64,000 bases of DNA from Mantamonas sphyraenae STR306 (lineage: Eukaryota; Protista; CRuMs): NCBI GenBank assembly GCA_026936335.1, contig JAPMXV010000067.1, positions 186,001 to 250,000 on the forward strand, in the 5' to 3' direction. The position numbers and the translations under genes are program-made. Of the stretch, positions 10,227 through 20,632 are shown piece after piece; position 1 is the stretch's first letter; the number at the start of each line of letters is the position of its first letter. The notes under the pieces were generated by a model. The model saw only the letters and a program-made list of their open reading frames with translations. It was not told where the DNA came from and made no database searches.

Positions 10227-10436
10227 TCACAACTGCTCGCCACGAATCCTTCGTGCAAGCTGGACATCGCGTGGCATGATGGTCACTCTTCGCGCGTGAA
10301 TGGCGCCCAAATCTGTGTCCTCCATGGCTTGAACGAGCCGCAGCTCCCTTTCCGCCTCCTCTTCAACACCCACGCTCATCCCGTCCCGTTCCTGCCCGTC
10401 TTCACGCTCATTTCCCTGGCGTCTGCTCTCGCTCAT
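10227..10436 (-). pseudogene. Histone H3 C-terminal fragment (69-aa micro-ORF or truncated pseudogene)
   Basis: [36 protein letters not shown] matches H3 [36 protein letters not shown]. No H3 tail or alpha1 is visible upstream. Confidence 0.8.
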
Positions 10437-11306
10437 CCTAGAACCTTGTTTTGCATCCACCGGCGCGCAACCAAAAAAAAGAGAAGTCGATCGTAGCCAC
10501 CATTTTGCTTTTGCAGACGTTGGTACTCCCACAGACGTTCTACGAAACGATCGCATCGCCATATCTCAAAGCTCGAGGCTTAACGCGAAGAGGTTTGAAA
10601 GGGGCATGATCATGTCATCGAACATGTGTCCTAGAGAGAAACCAACAAAAGTTCAGGCAAACAGGCCTTGTCCCGGGGAGGACGAGGCCAAACGCAATCC
10701 GTAGAGTTGAGGAGAGTTCGCCCACGGAAGGCCGCAGACGTAACACAATTCAACACTTACAGACCAAATCACAAGGGCTTCAAACCAGTGGCAGGTAAGC
10801 TCATGCTGGGATGGAAGCCCAAAGTGGCCGACACCACACGGTGGAGCCCGGGAACAACCTCCTTAACAGAGGGCCACAGTCAACTCACCGCAAACAGAGT
10901 CGAAATCAAAACAGCACAAAAGCACAAATTGGTAACTACGACCGCTCGCAGAGGTGTGTTGGATCCCTTTTTCAAGCGCCGGAGCGTGTCCGCAGGAGAT
11001 CCGGATCGCAACCCAGTCCGCGCACCAACCCTGTCTACAGCCGCGGACACAGCCCCAGACTCCTGTCACACCACGGTACGCATAAATGCGCACGCTCCCG
11101 GTCCTTAGAACTCACCCGTGGACTGCTCTGTTCACGTAGCGCCTCACCGGGCCCGAGCAAACCTTGCGCGCTCCAAGCCCATCCATCCACACGTGCACAC
11201 ACTCATCCCACACACACACCCACAGAGGTCTCCACCCCACAAACAACGCACCACAGTTTCGTTCAGCCCCGGCCCACCCACACCAACGCGAAATCCGCCA
11301 GGGGTC

Positions 11307-12925
11307 ATGGCACTCGTCACGAAAAACTCGGTCAAGAAGGGCATGCTGACCACGGCCGAGGTCTCTGTCCACCACCCGGGGTACAAACGCTTCATGTCCA
11401 ACAACTTTGGCCGCAAGCACATGGAGAAAATGGGCTGGGAGAGGTACGTCCGGGCGCCTTTCGAGCATGCACCTCCACGTCCGCAGCCCCACACGCCCGC
11501 CCTCGCCGTCTCCTGGGCCCTTGGCCCACAGAAAAGCCCGTAGCCATCCCACGCCACTCACTGACACGCCCGTTTGCCCCGCTTGGCACCCACAGTGGCC
11601 AGGGACTCGGCCGCAGGAAGGACGGACGCCGCGAGCACGTCAAAGTCAAGCTGCGCAGTGGCAACCTGGGCGTAGGTTTGCCCTCTGCGAGCAGACAGCA
11701 CTTCCTCCGCGTCCCACGTCACTCACGCCACCCACGCACTCATTCACACACGGGCGCAGATCGGCGCCGAGAAGCAAACCGAAAACTTCCAGGACATCTG
11801 GTGGGATCACATGTACGCGGTGGCGTCCAACTCGCTGGGGAACGAAGAGAAGGACACGGGGGCGTCGGAGAGTGCCAGTGACTCGGATAGCAGCAGCAGC
11901 GACTCGGACGGCGAAGAGGACGTGTTCCGCAACCGCGTGCTGCAGTTTACACGCCAAGAGGGCCGTGGCGGCAAAAACCGTATCAATGTGAACGACCCCA
12001 AGAGCATGCTCTACTCGCGCTTTGTGCGTCCCTCCTCTCCCAGTGCCGCGTTCAACCCCGACGCTTTGCTGAACAGCACCAGCACCAGCACCAGCACCAG
12101 CACCAGCACCCAGCCAAAGGGACCGCTCAACCAGGCCGAGGCGGACAAGAGCAAAGAGGAGCGCGCAGGGACGTTGTCCACCACGCCACGGGTGCGTGTA
12201 AAGAGCGTGGAGGGCGATTCGGACACGTCGGACTCGGATTCGGATTCAGACACAGGCGCCGATAGCCTCGTGTATGCGGATGGGATGAAGCTGGAGGGCC
12301 ACGCAAAGGAATTGGGCCATTTCAAAGCCACAGGGGGACGCACACTGAAAAAGTACAGCCAGCGGGGTAAGATGGCAAGGTTGTTGGCAGCGGAGGAGGC
12401 GTTCAAGGCCTCGCAGGACGTGTATGGGTTCAGCGAGGTGATGCAGAGCAAGGCAGAGGTGCGCAAAGTGACTGTGGTGCGCAGCAAGGGACGCAGTGCC
12501 AAGCTGGAGCCCCTCGTGGACGACAAGGCCGCACGCAGGAAAGCCAGGCAGGCGCGACGGGAAGCCAAGGCACAGCGCAAGCTGGAGAAGAAGGAAGCCA
12601 AAAAGCACGCAAGGAAGCCAAGAAGCAAGCCAAGAAGGAGGCCAAGAAGGAGGCCAAGCGCAAGCGCAAGCGAGAGACGCAGCCGGACGATGAGGTTGAG
12701 GAGGACGACGACGACGAATGTTCACGAACGAAGCGACGCCGCAAGGAACCGGAGGCCGACACCGACGACAACGCAAGCAGTAGCCATGGGGCAAGCAGCA
12801 GCAGCAGCAGCAGCAGCAAGAAGAAGAAGAAGAAGAAGAAGGAGCGCAAGGCAAGCAAGGAGGAAAAGAAGCTGAAGAAGAAGGAGCGGAAGAAGAAGCA
12901 GAAGGCGAAGAAGAACAAAGAGTGA
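11307..12925 (+). CDS. G-patch domain protein (GPATCH4/PINX1-like), Lys-rich C-terminus
   Basis: Exons 11307-11443, 11596-11671 and 11760-12925. NFGRKHMEKMGWESGQGLGR..G....VKV...G.G and WWDHMY. One A appears to be missing at about 12600. Confidence 0.8.
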
Positions 12926-12940
12926 GCTTGATTCGCATTA

Positions 12941-13594
12941 TTACTCCTTGCCCATGCCAGTGTACATGCACGTGCTGGCGTAGACAGAGCCTGCGAGACC
13001 ACCCACAAGCAGGAGCGTGGTCACGGCCATCTTGCCCTTGTCTCCGGGCATCTTGAGGTAGGTCGGGTTGGACACTGCCTTCTGCGCGCCGTCAAAGCAA
13101 ACGGACGGACGTCGACAACACACACACACACACACGCAAGTCGCGACACAGGCCGTGTCCAGTGTCAGTGTCATCCTGTGCACACACGGCAAACATACAC
13201 ACAGCCCACACGTGGCCGCGTTGGATCGCCCATGCCTCATCCAAGCCCTCGCACGGGGGGTGGGCAACACGTGAGAGGGCATGCATCCAACCTTCCGCCC
13301 CTCCGCACTCGCTTGGTATGACGTGCACACACACACAAGCACCGGTCGGAGACTGCTACTCATCGCATGCACCGCTCTATCCCTCAGTTCATGCACATCG
13401 ACGCAGTATGCGACCACGAGACCACGCGGCGACCCTGCAAACTCCGGAACCCTCTCGCTCCCATTCCTCCCCACCCCCCCCCCGCACCCTGCTCTGTGTC
13501 CACATCCTCCACCTCCCGCCTCCCTCCACATACACACCCGCTGTCTTGCACGTACCTGGGCAATCTTCTGCAGCTCAGGAACGGGGTTGGTCAT
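12941..13594 (-). CDS. Cytochrome c oxidase subunit VIIa/Cox7-like (59 aa)
   Basis: Exons 13556-13594 and 12941-13081. MTNPVPELQKIAQKAVSNPTYLK..D plus one TM helix; resembles the N-K-V-x-x-L-Q-K-x-F-Q...P-x-Y-L-K pattern. Confidence 0.7.
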   Translation of the reverse strand: MTNPVPELQKIAQVRARQRVCMWREAGGGGCGHRAGCGGGVGRNGSERVPEFAGSPRGLVVAYCVDVHELRDRAVHAMSSSLRPVLVCVCTSYQASAEGRKVGCMPSHVLPTPRARAWMRHGRSNAATCGLCVCLPCVHRMTLTLDTACVATCVCVCVCCRRPSVCFDGAQKAVSNPTYLKMPGDKGKMAVTTLLLVGGLAGSVYASTCMYTGMGKE

Positions 13595-13798
13595 TCTTGC
13601 GGGGATTCGATTTCGGATGGCCCCGCCGTCGCACACCCAACCCAACCCAAGGTCTGTGTTCGTCCACCCTTCCCCCCGTTTCCTCTTTCCACCCCATCCC
13701 TGTTTCATTTCCTCCTCCTCCATGCCCCCTGTCTCACCCCTGCCCCATCCATCCCATCTCCGTCCGCCTCCGTTCCCAGTTCTCAGAAAACTCCCCTC

Positions 13799-16277
13799 AT
13801 GGACGTCCACCAGCTGAACGAGCAGGACAAGGCGCAGGGGAAGATTGCTGTGGACAAGGCAACGACGTACGTGCCCAACGCCATGGGCAACTACGAGGCC
13901 GTTCCCGACATCGACGAGCGCTGGGTGGAGTCCTTGGACATGCTGGCCTACGTGCCGCCCAACACCGAGGACGCAGGCAGCATCACGCGCGAGGAATACC
14001 TTTCGGCGTGGCAGAGCGACGTCGACGGGTTGCTGGCCATGAAGCAGTCTCTCTTCTGGTCACACCTGTTGTACGACTCCTCGGTGCTTCGCTTCCTGGA
14101 CACCTTTCTGGCCTACCAAACGCGGCCGCTGCACGCCCCCACGCCTTCGCTGGCCCCGTCATCCGGCGGCGCTTCGTCCGCCTCCGACTCTGCTTCCTAT
14201 GCTCGTGCACAGGAGCAGGCGGAACAGGCACTGCGTGAGTCTGTGCTACGTTTGCTGCTGCGCATGTCCACAGCCTCCGAGTCCCCCACAGCCTACTTTT
14301 CCTCCGACACCGCTCTGGGCGACCTGCTGTACAACAATTGGCTGCTCGACATGCCCAAACTGCTCGACGTGGCCTCTCTCTACACTGCCGGCTACCCGAC
14401 GCTGGTGCGCTCCTTTCTCCTGGACGTCTTTGAAGCACAGCCGGCCTACATCGACGACCTCATGGCCTCTCTGCCCACCACCATCGAGATTCTTGGCGAC
14501 GTCGAGGGTCGTTTCGACAAGGCCACCCACTTGGCACGTGCAAGCTCTGAATTGCTGGCAGAGGCCGGTTCCATCGCAGACTACCTTCTGGACATCCATT
14601 GGGCCCTGTTTTGCTTCATTCGTGCCTACCCAGAGAGCGCACACTGTTTCCACACAGACTGCCTCCGTGACACACGCGTCTCACTCCTGTACAAACTCGC
14701 ACGCACGTACGACCACACCGTAGCCGGCCTCGCCCAGCTTGCACGCAATCCGCCTGCAAACGCTTTCAAGTGGGCTCGTGTCGCCGCAACCGTACGCCAG
14801 CTCAAGTTGTGCATCCTCCAATGGGCTGCCATCCTCATCAGCCATTGCTACACTGAGCCCCTGGCACAGACGGCCCTCGTGCCCTCGCCCGCAAACGACG
14901 CCGAACAAACCGCTTCCACAACACCCGGCAAGGGCAAGGCACACCTCGATCATGACGCACACGCTGACGACAAAGACGCCGTCGTGGCAGACGTGACCTG
15001 CCTGCGATGCTCCGAGGCCGTGCAAGACGCCAGCGGGCTCACGCGTGACTTTCTTCACGTGCTGCATATGCTCAGTGGCACCAGCGAGGACAAGCCCATG
15101 CGCTTTGTGTACCAGGGCAAAGGTGAACCCACAGGCAGGCGAGCAAAGGAAAAGGATGTGCTCACGGGTGCCATGCTCAAGGCCTTGGCCACCATGTATC
15201 CCCTGTACGACATTGTGTACGCTCTCAAGCCGTATGAGCACTCTTCCCTACTCGCCTCCGTGCAGTCGGTGCTCATGGCTGTTCGTGGTGGTGTCGCGGA
15301 CGCTCAGGACGACGACCAGGCCTTTCTCGCCGCTGGCGACGATCCCGTCGCTGCACTGCAGAGCATGCTCAGCCACTTGGGTACAGGTTACATCGAAGCA
15401 GCTTTGGAAGCGTTTGGAAACGACGTACACGTCACCATCGAGCACATCCTCAACGACGACCTGCCGCAGAGTGTTCGCCGTCTCGATCCTGCACTAACGC
15501 GCGAAGAGAAACAGCGCATGGATGGCAGCAGCAGCAACAACTACAACGACACCAGCACCAGCACCAGTAGCACCAGCAGTAGCAAACGACAGGGTGGCAA
15601 CAACACCGTGTTTGAGGTCCTCAACCGCAACAGGCAGGTGGATGCATTCGACGTCCTCGACGACGACACCGACAGGCCAGACTTTGCTACCATCACCGAG
15701 TTGCTGTATGAGGACGAGTACGACGACTCGTACGACACCTTTGAACCTGGCCTTGACGCCTCAGAGACCTCGGAGGAAATGGGCGCCCAGGTGTTGAACA
15801 CAAAGCGCAACCACGCCAAGAGCCAAGACGATGACTCGACAACGGACAACGATACCACTGCGAGCGCCTCCTCTTCGTCGTCGTCCTCCTCCTCCCTCCT
15901 CCTCGGGACTCTCGGCTCCTTCTCATCGCTCGGGCAAGCGCAACAGCGAATCCAACCAGGGACAACACCAGAGGACCAATCAACACAACAACAACAACCG
16001 AAAGGGCCGAGAAGCAGGTGGCGACGGTTCCAGCGACACAAGACGCTCATATCATGGCAAAGGAGGCGAGAGCAACCACCGCAGCGACAACAACAACAAC
16101 GACAGCGGATCGGACTCTTCATCAAAGTCCAACACATCAAAGCAACGCCGGGGTGCTACCAAGAAGAAGCCGTCCAAGTACACAAACACCTCGACAGCTC
16201 AACAACGCCGCCACCAGCAAAAGGCATCGCACAACCGCAAGAATGCCTCAAGCAAGAAAAAGGGACCGCTGGCGTGA
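13799..16277 (+). CDS. ASCC2: Activating signal cointegrator 1 complex subunit 2 (CUE domain)
   Basis: FWS..LYD....FLDTFL, LLYNNWLLDMPKLLDVASLY, CUE (LG.GYIEAALE.F), YEDEYDDSYD, C-terminal KASHNRK..S.KK. One extra C at about 15894. Confidence 0.85.
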
Positions 16278-16302
16278 GAGTCAATGAAACAGTCAGGTCG
16301 AG

Positions 16303-17112
16303 TCAAAACTTGCCACTGTTGGTCAACTCTTCTTCAGGGGGCACTGGCTCGCTGTTGTCCCAGTGCTCGACAATTTTGCCGTCCTGGACGCGAAAGAGGT
16401 CGACGTGGCACAGATCCTGTTTGTCGGCCCTGGCACGGGTCAGTGTGGCCACCATATCGCCCTCTGCCACACTCATGAACAGTTCTTGGTAGGACAGGGG
16501 GCAGTCATCGGCGCGGTAGAACTGCGCAAAGGCCTCCAGGCCGTCGGACAGCTCCGCGCTGTGTTGGATCAAGTCGGGGCTCACAAATTCCTCAATGGCA
16601 TCCACATCTCGTTGGATGAGCACCCGTTCAATGTACTGGCTCACCACCTCCTTGTTTGATGCCGTCTGTTCCTTGTCCAGTTGTGCAGGCTCCGTTGGAC
16701 CGTCGATGCACGTGTGTCCGCTCGCGTTGGTCTTGTTGGCGTGGTAGGCACTGATGACGTCCCAGTGCTCCGTCATCAGATTGTTGTCGTCGGTGGTGAA
16801 AAAGTCGGTGGTCAGCCACGCGCTTTCGCCGCCGTTGATGATCTGGGTCACCTGCAGAAACACGTTTCCGTCCTCCTCCAGCGCTCGGACCACCTCGATT
16901 TCCCGCTGTGGACACCGTTTCACAAACTCCTCAAAGAACTCAATGAATCCCTCGCGTTGGTCTTTGACTCCTGTGGAGTGCTGCTTGTACCCCGACGGCG
17001 AGGCAAAGTTGTCCTGCGCTTCCACGGGCTTTCCGTCTCGGATTCCCACCATGTACAGGCCGATGGCGTTTTCTTTGGCTGTGTTCTTTTGGGTTCCAGA
17101 TGCAGATGACAT
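16303..17112 (-). CDS. Tandem SnoaL/NTF2-like protein, bacterial-type
   Basis: Two NTF2-like halves (YKQHS.GV.D..EGF..FF...EHWDVI; NKEVV..Y...LIQHS..L.DG.EAF...DLFRV.DGKIVEHWD). Intronless. Confidence 0.85.
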   Translation of the reverse strand: MSSASGTQKNTAKENAIGLYMVGIRDGKPVEAQDNFASPSGYKQHSTGVKDQREGFIEFFEEFVKRCPQREIEVVRALEEDGNVFLQVTQIINGGESAWLTTDFFTTDDNNLMTEHWDVISAYHANKTNASGHTCIDGPTEPAQLDKEQTASNKEVVSQYIERVLIQRDVDAIEEFVSPDLIQHSAELSDGLEAFAQFYRADDCPLSYQELFMSVAEGDMVATLTRARADKQDLCHVDLFRVQDGKIVEHWDNSEPVPPEEELTNSGKF

Positions 17113-20100
17113 GAGGCAAATTGGAGGATTTGGAAGGGATGGGGAAGCGGGGGCGGGGCCAAGTTCGGGGGCGTCTGCACAAGTCAATCCAATGCTGGGC
17201 AAGGTCAAAGCCAAGGCCAAGGCCATGGCAGGGCAGGGAATGACGGTGGAACAGGCCACTCGCATGTTCGAGAAGCCCAGTTCCGAGTCGACCGCGAGCC
17301 ACAGGACGACGCTGCAGGCATCTGGAGGTGGAGGAGGCCAACAAACCGCCCTGGAAGAGGTGCTCAGCAGGCGTCGCGCACAAATGGAGGCTGACTCCGA
17401 CAGCAATGACAATGTACAGGGTTCCACAGGAGAGAATCGAGGCACGCACACGCAGAGCAGCGGCAGCGGACGGTCGGTGTGGGCGACGCAAGCAAAGTCG
17501 ACGCCCACAGTGCAGCTTCGGACACGGGAGGAGAGGCCGAAACAGCAAGAACAGCACGCAGACACATCCAATGACACAGAGGTGAACACAGACAATGACA
17601 CAGGAATCACACAGGAAGAAAAGGGCGGCAGTGGCAATGGGGCGGAGCAACCCTCTTCGTTTGCCTCGTCCACGCTGGCTAGGACGGGCAGCAACTTGTC
17701 CAGCGTCAGCCAGGCAACAGTCATCCAGCCCATGTACCAAAGCAGTGGTTTGTCGGCGGACAGGTCGCTGAGCGGCGTGTTGGGTGTTCGTGAACGCAGT
17801 GCAAGGATTCACGGTTTGCTGGATCCCACTGCCAAACGAGGCTCGTTGTCGCTCGGCAGCAGCCCTATTTCCTCATCGACATTGGCTTCCGGCACCTCCT
17901 CGTCTTCTGCACTGTCATCCTCCTCTTCGTCGTCGTCCTCGTCCTCTTTGTCCACCTCTTTGGATGGGACCAATGACAACGACAACGCCGGCGACGAAGA
18001 CGGCGCAGCCATCGACCTGGCATCGGTGCTGAGCGACCTCGACGGCCAACGCATGCCGCGGATGCCGTCGCAACAGGGGCGTTCGAGTGGTGGCGAGGGC
18101 AGCCAGGGTGGTGGGAGTGGTGGGAGTGGTGGGAGTGGTGGTAGTGGTGGAAGTGGGCGCGGTGGACGTACAATGACTGCGTCCTGGACGGGCAAGGACA
18201 CGCTTCGTTTGCATCGGGACTCTGGGTCAAGTCGCGGGGAGGCAGAAGTGTCGCTGAGTGCATTTGGACTGTCGGAGGACGAGGAGATGGTGTTGTGGAG
18301 TGACACGTGCGTGTTTGACAACTCGGTGCTGGTCAAGGGCCGCCTGGTGATCACCGACCTGCACGTGGCATTCCACAGCAAACTGTTGGGCAACGAAACA
18401 ATCCAGGTGATTGCGTTGGAGGACATCCAATCGCTGTTGAAGCGCAACACGGCCCTGTTCATCCCAAACGCCATCGCCATCGTCACCTCCGACGCACGCT
18501 TCTTCTTTGGACGCTTCTCTTCGCGCGATCGCACCTACGAGTGGATCGACTATGCGTGGCGCATGCGTCTGTACACGCTGATCAAGTCGGAAGACAGGAT
18601 TGTGCAGCAGCTGCTGGCAAGGGCAGACACCGCACGCACTCTCGACCACGTGTACACAGGCGAACGGCTCCTTCGTCAGTGGGACAAGGTGGCCCATATC
18701 AACCAGAGTGGAGGGATGACGTATGGCACGCTGTTTGTCACCACGTACAGGATGACGTTTGTGTCAAAGTCGAATCTCACCGAGAAGCTGAGCGGACACA
18801 GCGCAAGCACGTCGCCGTTCATGCTCTCCATCCCGTTGGGGCTCATCGACCACATGCTCAAGGACGGAGCCCCTGGCGACCGGTTGTTCAACGTGCAGGT
18901 GAAGCATGCACCCAACGAGGGCGGCCAAGAGGTGCCTGTGTCGGAACAGGACTACGACAAAGAGCTGGCGTGGGCCCAGGAGAATCTGGGCCAGAATGTG
19001 AGCGAGGCCTCGGCCCAGCGGCAGTTGCAACGGCTGGGCAACTCGTTCATGGTGGAATCCGACAGTGGCATGGCAGGCAAGCTGGGTCTCAAGGTGGAGA
19101 AGTTGACGGGCAAGACCGAGCGTGTTCTTGAGCTGGTGGGCAAGGACACACGCAAGGTGCGTCTCGCCTTTGCACCGTACAGTGGCGACCGCGGCCACGT
19201 CCACGACCTCATCCACGAACTCATGTTCCCCACCAGCTTGTATCACCGCTTTGCCTTCAACTTCCGCTACGAGAGCAGCTCAGGACACGACGGCTGGGCC
19301 ATCCTGGATGAAGAGGCAGAGCTTGGGCGCCTCGGTCTGCCCAACGACCAATGGCGCATCAGCACAGCCAACCAGGACTTTAATCTGTGCCGTTCGTACC
19401 CGCGCACGCTGTGTGTGCCGCGTGAGATCAGCGACGACATGTTGCGCAAGGATGCGCTGTTTCGATCGCGAGGCCGTCTCCCTGCCCTATCCTGGATCCA
19501 TCCCGAACACTATGCCAGCATCACTCGATGCTCGCAGCCACGCGTGGGATTCCAGAACAACCGCAGCGAGGTGGACATCGAGTTGATCCGCGCCATTGGC
19601 GAGACAAACCCAAACGCAGGCATCCTGTTCATTGTGGACGCACGACCCCATCTGAACGCAGTGGCCAACACGGCCAAAGGCGCCGGTTTTGAATCCAGCG
19701 AGGACTATCCGGACACGAGGCTTGTGTTTCAGGGCATCGAGAACATCCACGTGATGCGCGGGTCATTTGACAAGCTGCGCGATTGCTGCCAGAGCAGCAA
19801 CCTGGAAGACGGTGGCTCGTGGCTCATCGATTTGGCCAACACGGGATGGTTGAACCACGTGCGCAGTGTGCTCAAGGCGGCAGTCGTGGTTGCGGAGCTG
19901 GTGGAGCGCAAGCACACCTCGGTGCTGGTTCACTGCTCGGACGGCTGGGATCGCACCTCCCAGCTCACCTCGCTGGCCATGCTGCTCATGGATCCACACT
20001 ACCGCACCACACGCGGCTTCATGCAGCTCATCGAGAAGGAATGGCTGCGTTTTGGTCACAAGTTTGCCGAGCGGCTCGGCACCGCCGATCGCTCCGTCTC

Positions 20101-20497
20101 GCTGAAGGAACGCTCGCCCATCTTTTTGCAGTGGATCGACTGCGTGTGGCAGGTCCTCAACCAGTTCCCCTATGCCTTTGAGTTCAACGAGTTGCTCCTG
20201 ACCACCATTTGCCACCACGCCTACGCCGGCATGTTTGGCACCTTTCTCCTCAACAACGAGAGCCAGCGCAGCGCCGCCAAACTCAGCACACGCACTGCTT
20301 CGCTGTGGACCCTGCTTTTGGATGAGCAGGAACAGTTTCGAAACCCGTACTACATGGAGCCGGAGAAGCTGCCACGCAGTCAGCTCGCTCTGTTTCCCAT
20401 GACCAGCATTGTCCGCATGCAGTTCTGGAGCGACCTCTACCTGCAATTCAGCGATGCCTACCTGGCCGAGATTGACGATGGGTTCTGGGAGGGATGA
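17111..20497 (+). CDS. Myotubularin-family PI3P phosphatase with an extra N-terminal GRAM domain
   Basis: Active-site VHCSDGWDRT, SYP..L.VP, FRSRGRLP.LSW, RCSQP.VG, IEKEWL.FGHKF, SPIFLQW.DCVWQ, FEFNE. GRAM domain near 18270-18570. The start could instead be 17192. Confidence 0.93.
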   Translation: MRQIGGFGRDGEAGAGPSSGASAQVNPMLGKVKAKAKAMAGQGMTVEQATRMFEKPSSESTASHRTTLQASGGGGGQQTALEEVLSRRRAQMEADSDSNDNVQGSTGENRGTHTQSSGSGRSVWATQAKSTPTVQLRTREERPKQQEQHADTSNDTEVNTDNDTGITQEEKGGSGNGAEQPSSFASSTLARTGSNLSSVSQATVIQPMYQSSGLSADRSLSGVLGVRERSARIHGLLDPTAKRGSLSLGSSPISSSTLASGTSSSSALSSSSSSSSSSSLSTSLDGTNDNDNAGDEDGAAIDLASVLSDLDGQRMPRMPSQQGRSSGGEGSQGGGSGGSGGSGGSGGSGRGGRTMTASWTGKDTLRLHRDSGSSRGEAEVSLSAFGLSEDEEMVLWSDTCVFDNSVLVKGRLVITDLHVAFHSKLLGNETIQVIALEDIQSLLKRNTALFIPNAIAIVTSDARFFFGRFSSRDRTYEWIDYAWRMRLYTLIKSEDRIVQQLLARADTARTLDHVYTGERLLRQWDKVAHINQSGGMTYGTLFVTTYRMTFVSKSNLTEKLSGHSASTSPFMLSIPLGLIDHMLKDGAPGDRLFNVQVKHAPNEGGQEVPVSEQDYDKELAWAQENLGQNVSEASAQRQLQRLGNSFMVESDSGMAGKLGLKVEKLTGKTERVLELVGKDTRKVRLAFAPYSGDRGHVHDLIHELMFPTSLYHRFAFNFRYESSSGHDGWAILDEEAELGRLGLPNDQWRISTANQDFNLCRSYPRTLCVPREISDDMLRKDALFRSRGRLPALSWIHPEHYASITRCSQPRVGFQNNRSEVDIELIRAIGETNPNAGILFIVDARPHLNAVANTAKGAGFESSEDYPDTRLVFQGIENIHVMRGSFDKLRDCCQSSNLEDGGSWLIDLANTGWLNHVRSVLKAAVVVAELVERKHTSVLVHCSDGWDRTSQLTSLAMLLMDPHYRTTRGFMQLIEKEWLRFGHKFAERLGTADRSVSLKERSPIFLQWIDCVWQVLNQFPYAFEFNELLLTTICHHAYAGMFGTFLLNNESQRSAAKLSTRTASLWTLLLDEQEQFRNPYYMEPEKLPRSQLALFPMTSIVRMQFWSDLYLQFSDAYLAEIDDGFWEG

Positions 20498-20534
20498 GGA
20501 ATGGAGTTCGTTTGCTTTTGTTTGCCACGCATCG

Positions 20535-20589
20535 TCACGCTGCCCCGGCCACCGTCGGTTCGTGCGTGGTGCCGGTGCTCTCTGGTGTT

Positions 20590-20632
<43 letters not shown>

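Noticed and set aside
10640-11160. Assignment as U1, RNase P/MRP, telomerase RNA or a ribozyme
   Set aside because: Only short partial matches (cttacctg, aatttgtg, gtccgcgcaccaacc). The required P4 pairings, loops, catalytic cores and telomeric template are absent.
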